A stretch of DNA of 64,000 nucleotides from Podarcis muralis (lineage: Eukaryota): the NCBI RefSeq assembly GCF_964188315.1, contig NC_135670.1, positions 40,238,001 through 40,302,000 on the forward strand. The letters are read 5' to 3'. The position numbers were made by a program, and so were the translations under genes. Below the pieces are notes generated by a model, which ran no database searches, was not told where the DNA came from, and was given only the letters and a program-made list of their open reading frames with translations. The stretch's first letter is position 1, and the number at the start of each line of letters is the position of its first letter. This document shows, one piece after another, positions 53,301 through 62,691 of the stretch.

Positions 53301-54123
53301 AAGAAAATAATATTCTTGACATCTGCAGGTGGGAGGCGGCCTGGTTTGAGAGTGAACATTTTCTCCACCTCATGTTCCTGGAAGGAGACAAAAGTAATAA
53401 TAATGTGCAATCTTATTTTAGTCTTTAGAAGTTTATATATATGAGAAAGGAATGGATTTATGGTCAACTCACTACTGGGAGCATCTATCCTTGTGTTTTG
53501 TAAACTTGGTGTTTAGGTGGAATAACTACCCACCTAGGACACCAAAAACATTTTCATCACACCTACTGGATAAAACTCTCAATAGGAAAACACACTATTT
53601 ATGGCAAAAATCAGACTTAATATTTTTTTAAAATCTTGCCCAATCCTACCTTTAGAAGTGAATACTGTGCAATCAGCCCAAATGGACCTGTAAGATACTC
53701 ATCCCACACAATGGCCTATGAAGAGGAAAGCAGAGAATCAGCTGACATTTCAAGCTACGTCCAATATACAGAAGTGAGTGGGGTAGAGGGAAAGTCTCTG
53801 ACAATTCTATGCAGAGAAACTTCATTATTTGCCCTCCTTCCTTGGCAAAGGGGCCTGGCTTCGCGAATGGGGCCCAAAGGAGGCCGAGGCCCCCCTGCTC
53901 CTGGCAGCGGACTCCCGAGGAGGAGGAGGAGACGGGGAGAGGAAGGGGAAGAGCCAGGCGGAAAAGGGCCGGCGGCGCGCGGCCTCCCCTCCCTCCCTCC
54001 CTCCCTGCGATCCCGGCCGACCTTGGATCCGGCGCACTTGTCGAGGAACTCGCGCAGCTCCTTGCGGCCGGCCTCCCGCAGCGCCATCAGGTTGACCCGG
54101 CCCGAGTTCAGGTGCGCCGCCAT
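43324..54123 (-). CDS. VPS33A: Vacuolar protein sorting 33A (Sec1/Munc18 subunit of HOPS/CORVET), 601 aa
   Basis: Exons 54123-54022, 53715-53650, 53377-53250, 53041-52852, 51396-51280, 50827-50653, 49763-49570, 47612-47486, 47263-47196, 46816-46679, 44453-44316, 44204-44036, 43517-43324 (1806 nt, all GT-AG and phase-compatible). Begins [34 protein letters not shown] and ends [16 protein letters not shown]...EKLEPPPF*. Confidence 0.97.
44476..44664. mobile_element. MITE, inverted relative of 37544-37733
   Basis: Termini caggggtaccaact / agttggctcctatg. Confidence 0.6.
44688..45105 (+). mobile_element. RTE-clade LINE 3' end (non-BovB family)
   Basis: [16 protein letters not shown]...[18 protein letters not shown]...WETLA, with a (GAA)n tail. 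Confidence 0.8.
45638..45862. mobile_element. Tc1/mariner-type MITE
   Basis: TA-flanked imperfect inverted termini cagtcgtac / gtatgacta and a palindromic core. A similar fragment lies at 1-35. Confidence 0.55.
47434..47461. repeat. (GTGA)n microsatellite next to a VPS33A donor
   Basis: Tetranucleotide run. Confidence 0.85.
50273..50332. repeat. (AAAG)n microsatellite
   Basis: Perfect tetranucleotide run. Confidence 0.95.
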
Positions 54124-54260
54124 GGCCGCCGCTCCTCGCCGCCGCCTCGCTCCGCCCGCCGCCAGCCCAGCCCCGCGCCGGTCAGGTGGAGCCCGAGACC
54201 GACGGGGAGGGACCAAGGGGCCGCCGCCGCCGCCTCCAGCCCGGCGCCGGGGCCGCCTCC
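53880..54260 (-). promoter_or_regulatory. VPS33A CpG island spanning exon 1 and its 5' flank
   Basis: Very GC/CpG-rich block around the start codon. Confidence 0.7.
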
Positions 54261-54261
54261 T

Positions 54262-55630
54262 CTCCTCCTCCTTCTTCTTTGACGATCCCTCGAAGCCGAG
54301 TAAGATTGTTTTCCATAAACGCGGTTTTAGCAGTAAGAGACTGCGGAGGCCAATTCTGGAGCCAGGAGTTGATCCCGGTGAGGGTTTGCCAAGCCTGCCT
54401 TCCTCTTAGGCGGCATTTTTCCACCTTCGCCGCATCAAGCAGTTGGTCCCTTACCTTTCCCACCCCGACCTGGCCACAGTGATCCATGCGACGGTCATCT
54501 CCAGGCTTGACTACTGTAATTCGCTCTACGCGGGGCTGCCCTTGAAGCTGTCCCAGAAACTCCAGCGGGTACAGAATGCTGCAGCGAGGCTCCTCACGGG
54601 GTCTCTGCCATGGGAGCATATTCACCCAGTGCTTTTCAAGCTGCACTGGCTCCCGGTGGAGTACAGGGTCAGGTTCAAGGTGCTGCTTTTGACCTTTAAA
54701 GCCCTTCACGGCCTAGGACCCTCGTACCTACGGGACCGCCTCTCCCGGTATGCTCCACGGAGAGCCTCAAGGTCCATAAATAGCAACACTCTAGTGGTCC
54801 CAGGCCCTAAGGAAGTTAGATTGGCTTCAACCAGAGCCAGGGCCTTTTCAACACTGGCTCCGGCCTGGTGGAACGCTCTGCCTCATGAGACCAGGGCCCT
54901 GCGGGATCGGATCTCTTTCCGCAGGGCCTGGAAGACAGAGTTGTTCCGCCTGGCCTTTCGCTTGGAGCCAATTTGATTCCCTGCCTCCCTCTCTTTCTTT
55001 TTCTTTCCCTTCTCCTCCTGCAGTGAGGCTACATTTTTAATATTTTTATGTTTCAATATTTTAATGTTGTATTTTAATCTTGTTTTCAAGTTGTAATCAT
55101 TCAACTTGTTTTTATTATTGCTTGTTAGCCGCTCTGAGCCCGGCCTTGGCTGGGGAGGGCCGGGTATAAATAAATAAATAAAAATTATTATTATTGTTAG
55201 CACGTTTCTCCCTTGTGTCCTGAGTTCGAGTGTCTTCAAAGCCCATGACCCCTTTGGTCAAGGCTGTTCTCCAACTGGAGCGCTCGCAGGCCAGTGTTTC
55301 CCAGTTGTCGGCGTTTATACTCCATTTTTTAAGATTTGCCTTGAGACAGTCTTTAAACCTCTTTTGTTGGCCACCAGCATTACACCTTCCATTTTTAAGT
55401 TTGGAATAGAGTCGTTGCTTTGGAAGACAATAGTCAGGCATCCGAACCACATGACCAGTCCAACGAAGTTGGTGTTGAAGAATCATTGCTTCAGCACTGG
55501 TGATCTTTGCTTCTTCCAGGACACTGGTATTAGTTCGCCTGCCTTCCCAGTGATGTGTCACATTTTTCGGAGACACCATTGCTGGAATCTTTCAAGGAGT
55601 TAGAGATGGCGTTTATAAGTGGTCCATGTT
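54262..55630 (-). mobile_element. RTE-clade LINE 3' end, split by an L2 insertion
   Basis: 55630-55197 encodes QLRWTGHVVRMPD...TREKRA. The sequence resumes at about 54409 (ctaagaggaaggc on -) and matches the 44950-45105 copy down to the (GAA/GGA) tail near 54262-54279. Confidence 0.8.
54410..55196 (+). mobile_element. L2-clade LINE, 5'-truncated, with an intact ORF2 C-terminus
   Basis: AAFFHLRRIKQLVPYLS...SRLDYCNSLY...LHWLPVEYRVRFK...TELFRLAF, a 3' UTR and (TAAA/TTA) tail; flanked by ttag on both sides. Confidence 0.9.
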
Positions 55631-55804
55631 TCACAAGCATACAGCTGGGTTGGTAGTTCAAGAGCCTAGACTGAAGCACAAAAGACTAGTTTCAATGGAC
55701 CAAGAATGGTTTTCATGGCTGGTTCTGACTTTTCCCAGTGGGAATTCCTACTTGTAGAGCAGAGGCCACGGCTGGTCGGCAGCTGCAGTGCCTGTGTGCT
55801 TTGT

Positions 55805-55993
55805 TCTGTTTTTGTTGTTGTTGTTGTTTAGTCGTTTAGTCGTGTCCGACTTTTCGTGACCCCCTGGACCAGAGCACGCCAGGCCCTCCTGTCTTCCACT
55901 GCCTCCCGCGGTTTTGTCAAACTCATGTTAGTAGCTTTGAGAACACTGTCCAGCCATCTGGTCCTCTGTCGTCCCCTTCTCCTTGTGCCCTCA
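55805..55993 (-). mobile_element. BovB 3' end, 5'-truncated
   Basis: TEGTRRRGRQRTRWLDSVLKAT...KSRTRLND, (CAA)n tail, 9-bp target duplication gtgctttgt. Confidence 0.85.
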
Positions 55994-56699
55994 GTGCTTT
56001 GTGCTGGAGGGCACTGTTTTGTGGCACTCACTATTGGACAGTTCTTTGGATAGTCTGAGCAGATTGGTTGAGCGAAAGGCTCAGCCTTCATTAGGGCAAA
56101 TGTTCTACCCTTATTTATGGGAGCCTTTGGAATAGAAAAAGGAAATGACTGTGTCAGGATGTGTTTTGTGGGGAAATTTGCAGAAGTGAAGATGTTGATT
56201 TGGGGTACAGTCGGAGGGGGGGTATGGTGCCTGCTGGAGGGGGAAACCCCCCCCCCACCCTTTCCAAAACTTCCGGTAACAATGTTAAGAATGACCCAAA
56301 GCTCTCCCCTCTCCCTATTCATTTCATTTGCTTCCTGAAATTTATACACTGCTTGACTGCATGAATGAGGGGACCAGGCCCTCTGGGTCCTGGCATGGCC
56401 ATAGCTCTTGAACCCAGAGCGCTTGGGACCTCCTTTCTCTCTCTGCCAGCCCTCCATGCTCTGGGCTGCCTCTTTCAGACTCTGATGATGCCCCTTCAGG
56501 TCACTGATCTGCAGAGAGATGGAAGGAATTGGTCGTGATGGGCAGGCAAGGATTGATTAGGCTCCACATAGGTATTTCTGTTCTGCAAATTTGGCAGGGG
56601 TTCACTGTTTTCTCCAGATGCCCCTCCTCACACACAAACACCCCCTCAAGAACTGGAGCGGCCAGCGTCTGAGTTGCTCTTTCCGCTCATCTCTTCTAG

Positions 56700-58615
56700 G
56701 ATCAGGTGCTTAAGGCGCCTGTTCAGACGCTGTCACGTCTGATGCCACGTCTGGTGGCCCCCCAGCAAGACCCAGAGCAGCCTGTGGTGAGCCAGTGGCC
56801 CTCCTTTTTTGGACAGAGGAGGGCAGGAATGGGCATGGGGGGCAACTAGTCCAAGGATGCAAAAGAGGACTCACTTGTTCCCATGTCCTTCTGTTTGCAG
56901 TTCTGCTGCGGTTCCGCATCCCAGCCCCAGGGGGTGAGTATTGCAGAAAACAAGAGCAGGGACTGGATCCCTCAGACCTGCCCCCCTTTGCCCCCCACTC
57001 TGCACTCTCAGATGCGGAGAAGCCCTCCCCTCACGAGGAACTGACAGCCTGACTTTTGCATTTCAGCTGCTGGAGGATGAACAGCGCTACCTCCTGGGGG
57101 CCATCCAGAGCTGCCAGACAGCTGAGCTCAGGGGGCTCCGATCCCTGAAGTGCTCCAAGCAGGAGACGGCCCAAGCCATTCTGGTGAGTGATGGGGGGTG
57201 TGGGTGGAAAGGGTTGTGCATCTGCGTAGAGGAAGACCCTGCCAGCTCAGGGCATGGGGTTGCCATTCCCCTGCAAAGCCAAGCCTGGTGTTTGGGGTCA
57301 GAGCTGATTTTCCTCCTCTTCCAGGACATCTTGGGGCCCTTGGAGCACTTCAGGGATCGCCCCCTGACCCTGGCCCTTGCCTTGGAGGCCCTCATCCAGC
57401 TAAGGTCGGTGGGGTCTTTGGCGTGGATGGGGTTGTGGGTGGGGGGCAGAACTCCAGGGGGAAAGAGCAGGCGGGAGGGAGAAGGGGCAAGGGAGAATCT
57501 AACCCCCTTCCTTTCATTTCTGCAGCACCATGAGGCCCAAATTCAGCTGCTATATGATCAGTGCCATCCTGCACAGGACGTTGGAGGCCGTGCTGAATGG
57601 GGCCGAGGAGGAGGAGGAGGAGAGAGAAGTATGTCCTTGGTTTTGACTTCCCTTCACAGGCTCTTTCTTCTTCTTCGTCACACACTTGCAGAATCCAACC
57701 CAGCATTCACACTCTCTTCTCTCTTTTCCCGCAGGAACTGAAGAGGCACTTCCGGCTCCTGCTGGGGAGTCTCCTTATGGAAGCCCCCAACCCTGGCACC
57801 CTCCTCCACCTTCTCAGCGTAAGTGTCCCGATGGCATCAGGGGTGGTTTTAGGGTTGTCCCCCCCGTCCCTTACCCAATGGACTGCCCCATTTCTGGGGC
57901 ACAGAGCCTGTTTGGCCCCCAATTTGGTCCAAGACCAAAGCTGGCAAACCCTCATGGTCCAGAAGTGCCAGGGACTCCGTGGTGGGGGCAGTGGGGGCTG
58001 CTTTGGCCCAGACTGGCCCCTGACTCTGAGATGCTCTTTCCTCTTGCAGGACCTCCAAGGCTCAAGAACTAGCGGCCTGCAGCACCCCCTTGCTGCTGGC
58101 CGTTGCCTGGAAATACCCCAACCTCAGAGTAAGTACCTTGCCTTCTTCTATTCATTTCTTTGGTTAATTTCACCTCCCCCCCAAGATCACATCCCCAAGT
58201 GATCTTTAGCGCAGATGATGTGGGGTGTGTCCCTGGGGGCCAGGATGAGGCCAGAGGCTTTTCCTGCCCCCTTTCCTACTGCTGCCCTTCTACCTCTGCC
58301 CAGGAGGCTGCAGGGCCCAGGGAGGTCCTCTGGAACAAGGGATTGGGCCCAAGACAGAGGGAGACCCCTCCTTCCAGACTTGGCGCTGCTTCTGTGCTCT
58401 CTTGCTCCCATCTGACCCCGATTTTTCTTTCCTCATCAGCAGTAGTTTGGCCGGACCTGGCTTGCTTCCGCCTGAAGACGGAAAAAGGTAAGCCCCACAC
58501 TTTGGAGACAGCGACCTTTGACTAAAGGCCTGTGGGAAAATCTCATTTTCATTTTCATTCTGTTCTCATTCTCATTCTCTTCCATCCAGATGACATCATC
58601 ATTGAGGATTTATAG
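56700..58615 (+). CDS. Compact multi-exon gene resembling the N-terminal region of squamate maestro HEAT-like repeat (MROH) proteins; short, possibly a pseudogene
   Basis: Predicted exons 56700-56786, 56901-56933, 57067-57183, 57325-57404, 57526-57628, 57735-57818, 58050-58128, 58440-58487, 58590-58615, with phase-compatible AG/GT sites. Segments such as YLLGAIQSC...CSKQETAQAILDIL, ALEALIQLSTMRP and LLGSLLMEAPNPGTLLHLL resemble reptile MROH N-termini from memory. Start codon uncertain (ATG at 56742 or an upstream exon). Confidence 0.55.
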
Positions 58616-59645
58616 GTAGTGCGGACCTCGGGCTCCACTGGACACCCGAGAGAGGCCAACATCCAAATGCACTCAGCACGTAAGACTTTCTCAAAAGCCC
58701 ATCTGTAGTTAGAGATGCCCTGTTTCATCTGTGAGAGAAGCAGGCACTCCTGGCGACCTGCTTACCTTTTTTCTCTTGCAGGTGACAGAATGATGCCGGC
58801 AAGACCGCCTTCTCCATCTTTTTATAGCAGCAGAAGGGAAGCAGTGGCTGTGGGACCAGATCAGGTAGGGGGAAGCTGCCTTGTGGGGACAGAGGCCAAG
58901 GGGTGGAATGGTGTCATGGACTGGTTGGGCACAGAGGAATGGTGGGAGGAAGCTGCTGGAGAACCAGGAAGGGAAGACGTCTCAGAGCCCAGGGAGTGGA
59001 GGTAGTGGAGGGGGCACAAGGAGCAGCAGTCCGAGGGAGAAGAGGCCGAGGAACCAGGGGAGGGGAGCCAATGGGTCTCAAACCCTCGGTGAGTGAGGGA
59101 CTTTCCCCTGTGTCAGAAGACAGGCTCCGGCAGATGGAGCGGACAAGATCCATAGAAAGCTGTTTGTGCACGTGCCGTAGAGGGAAGCCAGGGGCCGATG
59201 GGGCTCATCCCCCTGGAAGGGAGCCCATCGAGGAGAACTCTGATTCTAAACCTCCACTGCCTCATGGGATGGCTTCAGGAGAAGAATAGGCTCCAGAGTA
59301 AACCCGACACAGATGTAGAGTGGAGTCCCTAGGATGGTGGGGTGGCGTTTTGCAGGCCTCCTTCTGGAAACTCCTGCAGCCCAGCTGGTGCCTTGTGCCT
59401 TGCTCTTCTTTCCTTTGGACCACCTCAGGGAGGCCGAGGGGGGGCGGCTCTGGGCACAGGGTTGACACCTTTGTTTTGACAAAAGACAGGACAGGGCAGG
59501 GGACAGAGAGAGATCTGAAAGCTGTTAACATTATTTTGCCTCAAAAGTTCTCACGGAATTTTGGGTTTTTCCATTCCTTAGGTTATATAATCTATTCCCT
59601 GTGTAACTCCACGTGTCAAGAAGAAAAAGAACTGGAAGAGAATGG

Positions 59646-59717
59646 AATAAAAATAAATATAAAAATAAAAATAAATATTTTTTAATGGATTTTGAATAAA
59701 TGCACAATAAATTGTTA
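59646..59717 (+). terminator. Cluster of AATAAA signals, probable 3' end of the MROH-like transcript
   Basis: Several AATAAA hexamers followed by GT/T-rich sequence. Confidence 0.4.
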
Positions 59718-60327
59718 CTGTTTTGAATTTCATTGTGTTATTGTCTTCCATTGATCTGGACACTTTTGTTGTTTCAGCCTTAGTTGTGGTCCACTAGGAT
59801 CCCTAGATCCTTTTCCCTACCAGCAAACCAGTGTCCCTCATCTTTTATTGGTGCAGCTGCTTCTTCCTGCCAAAGTGCAGAACCTTAGATTAACCAGGAG
59901 TCCTCTTTGCTCGCCTTCAGGGTGTGACCATGTCGCAGTCAGTGCTGTGGTAGTTCTGTGTGACATTAACACAGTTCAGTGCAATTGCCTGGTGACAATC
60001 CAGTCCAGCTGGTGCCAGTGACCTGAGATCTAAGATGTCTCCAGGACACTGAGTGTTTTGCCTTGGTAGAGCATACCATGTTCGTGACATAGAGGCTGTG
60101 GTATGAGCACACTTCAGGTAGCCTTTGTCCGTTCTTGTTCAGGTCCCGATACCAAGGGGCCTCTGCGGTTATGCCAGCTGTGATGAACTCTTTCAGCAGG
60201 AATAGTAATAGTAACAATAAGAATAATTTTATTGTTTATATCCCCCCCCCAATCTGGTTAGGTTTCACCAGCCACTCTGGGCAGCTCCCAGCAGAACACT
60301 AAAAACAGAATAAAACTTCAAACATTA

Positions 60328-60962
60328 GAATCATAGAATCATAGAGTTGGAATAGACCACAAGGGCCATCGAGTCCAACCCCCTGCCAAGCAGGAAACAC
60401 CATCAGAGCACTCCTGACATATGGTTGTCAAGCCTCTACTTAAAGACCTCCAAAGAAGGAGACTCCACCACACTCCTTGGCAGCAAATTCCACTGTCGAA
60501 CAGCTCTTACTGTCAGGAAGTTCTTCCTAATGTTTAGGTGGAATCTTCTTTCTTGTAGTTTGGATCCATTGCTCCGTGTCCACTTCTCTGGAGCAGCAGA
60601 AAACAACCTTTCTCCCTCCTCTATGTGACATCCTTTTATATATTTGAACATGGCTATCATATCACCCCTTAACCTCCTCTTCTCCAGGCTAAACATGCCC
60701 AGCTCCCTTAGCCGTTCCTCATAAGGCATCGTTTCCAGGCCTTTGACCATTTTGGTTGCCCTCCTCTGGACACGTTCCAGTTTGTCAGTGTCCTTCTTGA
60801 ACTGTAGTGCCCAGAACTGGACACAGTACTCCAGGTGAGGTCTGACCAGAGCAGAATACAGTGGCACTATTACTTCCCTTGATCTAGATGCTATACTCCT
60901 ATTGATGCAGCCCAGAATTGCATTGGCTTTTTTAGCTGCCGTGTCACACTGTTGGCTCATGT
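60328..60962 (-). mobile_element. CR1 LINE, 5'-truncated, inserted into an L2 3' end
   Basis: Uninterrupted ORF2 C-terminus ([41 protein letters not shown]...), (ATTCTATG)n tail, catta duplicated at 60323-60327 and 60963-60967. Host L2 pieces at about 60205-60327 and 60963-61078. Confidence 0.92.
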
Positions 60963-61079
60963 CATTAAAAACTTCCCTAAACAGGGCTGCCTTCAGATGT
61001 CTTCTAAAAGTCAGAGAGTTATTTCTTTGACATCTGCTGGGAGGGCGTTCCACAGGGTGGGCGCCACTACCAAGAAGGT

Positions 61080-61830
61080 GCTTGCAGGCTCAAGACATCC
61101 TGGTCTAGTTCCTCGCAGAACTTGTTCTTGATCGGTATATCAGAGCACACATCTGTGGAGCGTAGGGGGCATATGCCATGATTTATTGGCCCATAGATGG
61201 TCTTTGTGGCTTTAAGGAAACTCTGTGCATCATGAGCGTCAGCTAAGTGCTGGATCTCTTGAGCTTTTTTTATCCTCCAGGTGTTCTTTAGTTCTCTGGT
61301 TCTTCTTTGAACCTCAGCCTTAGCATTGGCATAGGTTTTTTTCTTAGTGGCACAGTTTCTATCTCTTTGCCAGATCTGAAAGGCCTTCCGTTTCTTGTCA
61401 ATAATGTGTTCAGTCTCACCGTCATTCTTATCAAACCAGTCCTGGTGTTTCTTGGTTTGGTATCCAATAGTTTGTTCACCGGCTGCAATAATGATGTTTT
61501 TAGCTTGGTCCAGAGTTCCTCAATGTTATCAGGGAATTCTGAATGCGGATGGTCCTTAAGAGTCGTTTGGAAGCAATCCTGCTTAATATGATCTTGAAGG
61601 GCTTGAGTGTTCATTTTGTTCATTTGAGTGTTCCCTTTGCGCCTTGGTTTCCTTCCTTGAAGCCTGCGTTGAGGATAGCCATCGTGGAGCATAATAACCG
61701 GTGATCTGTCCATCAGTCGTCAGCACTCGTCATAGCTCTGGTAAGGAGCACATCACGGCGATCTTCAGCTCAGACAATTACATAGTCTGAGAGGTGCCAG
61801 TGGTTCAACCGAAGGTGCCAATGAGATGCA
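61080..61830 (-). mobile_element. RTE-clade LINE internal fragment (endonuclease-RT linker)
   Basis: Minus translation TDHRLL, EELWTKLKTS, AQEIQHLADAHDAQSFLKATKTIYGP. Confidence 0.7.
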
Positions 61831-62527
61831 CCAAAGCCTTCCTTGTCAGCCCAGACTTACAACCCTGCGAGGTAGGCAGGGTTGAAGAACCACATCTGAC
61901 CACAGGTCTCTTTCTGGGCTGCCTCTGAAGGCAGTTCAGAAGCTTCAGCTGGTGCAGAATTCAGCAGCCACATTGCTCACTGAGGCAAGACGGTTTGAGC
62001 ATCCTGGCCCGACTGTTCCAGCTGCCAATTAGCTTCCTAGCCCAATTCAAAGTGCTGTTTTTGACCTATAAAGCTTTAAATTTAACCCAGGACCACAACA
62101 CCTGAAGGCTGGCAGCAAGAGAATGGGCCACAAGACTATTGTGGTTTTTGTTGAAAGGATTAATATATTTGGAAACTGAGAGATTGATGTACTGTTTTAT
62201 TGCACATTCTTGCCCTTCCATGCTCTGCTGTTCTAATGCTGTTGGGATGATGGACATGTTCACTGTGCAAAAGTGGTGCACAAATAAAGCTACAATCTAT
62301 GTGCCTGTGTACACTTGCACAGGTAGGTGCGTTGCCACCCAGGACCACCCCCCTGCCCATCTGCAGTTGAAACTCCTGGTATGGAACTGGCTGTGGAAGC
62401 AGCCAGATGTTAGGCCCCAGAGGCCAGGAGTCTCTTCGTGGGCAGAACTTGTCAGGTCCAAGCAACCTTGCACACCTCCCGTCAGCAGAGGGTGAGCTGA
62501 GACTAACAGATGGGGGGAATACACTCT

Positions 62528-62691
62528 GTGATCTCACTGGAAGGACAGATCCTGAAGCTGAGGCTCCAATACTTTGACCACCTCATGAGAAGAGGAGACT
62601 CCCTGGAAAAGATGCTGATGTTGGGAAAGATTGAGGGCACAAGGAGAAGGGGACGACAGAGGACGAGATGGTTGGACAATGTTCTCGAAAC
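62528..62691 (+). mobile_element. BovB fragment cut off at the L1 5' end
   Basis: SLEGQILKLRLQYFDHLMRRGDSLEKMLMLGKIEGTRRRGRQRTRWLD. Confidence 0.85.

Noticed and set aside
53636-54409. 257-aa plus-strand ORF and other overlapping ORFs at VPS33A exon 1
   Set aside because: Low-complexity Arg/Pro/Gly products expected from a stop-poor CpG island antisense to a real exon.
56941-58202. Long ORFs 56941-57741 (266 aa) and 57597-58202 (201 aa) as single-exon genes
   Set aside because: They read through GC-rich introns; internal AG/GT sites define a phase-consistent multi-exon model.
60436-61053. 205-aa ORF as a chimeric protein
   Set aside because: Chance in-frame join of L2 3' sequence and a truncated CR1 ORF2; no promoter or splice support.
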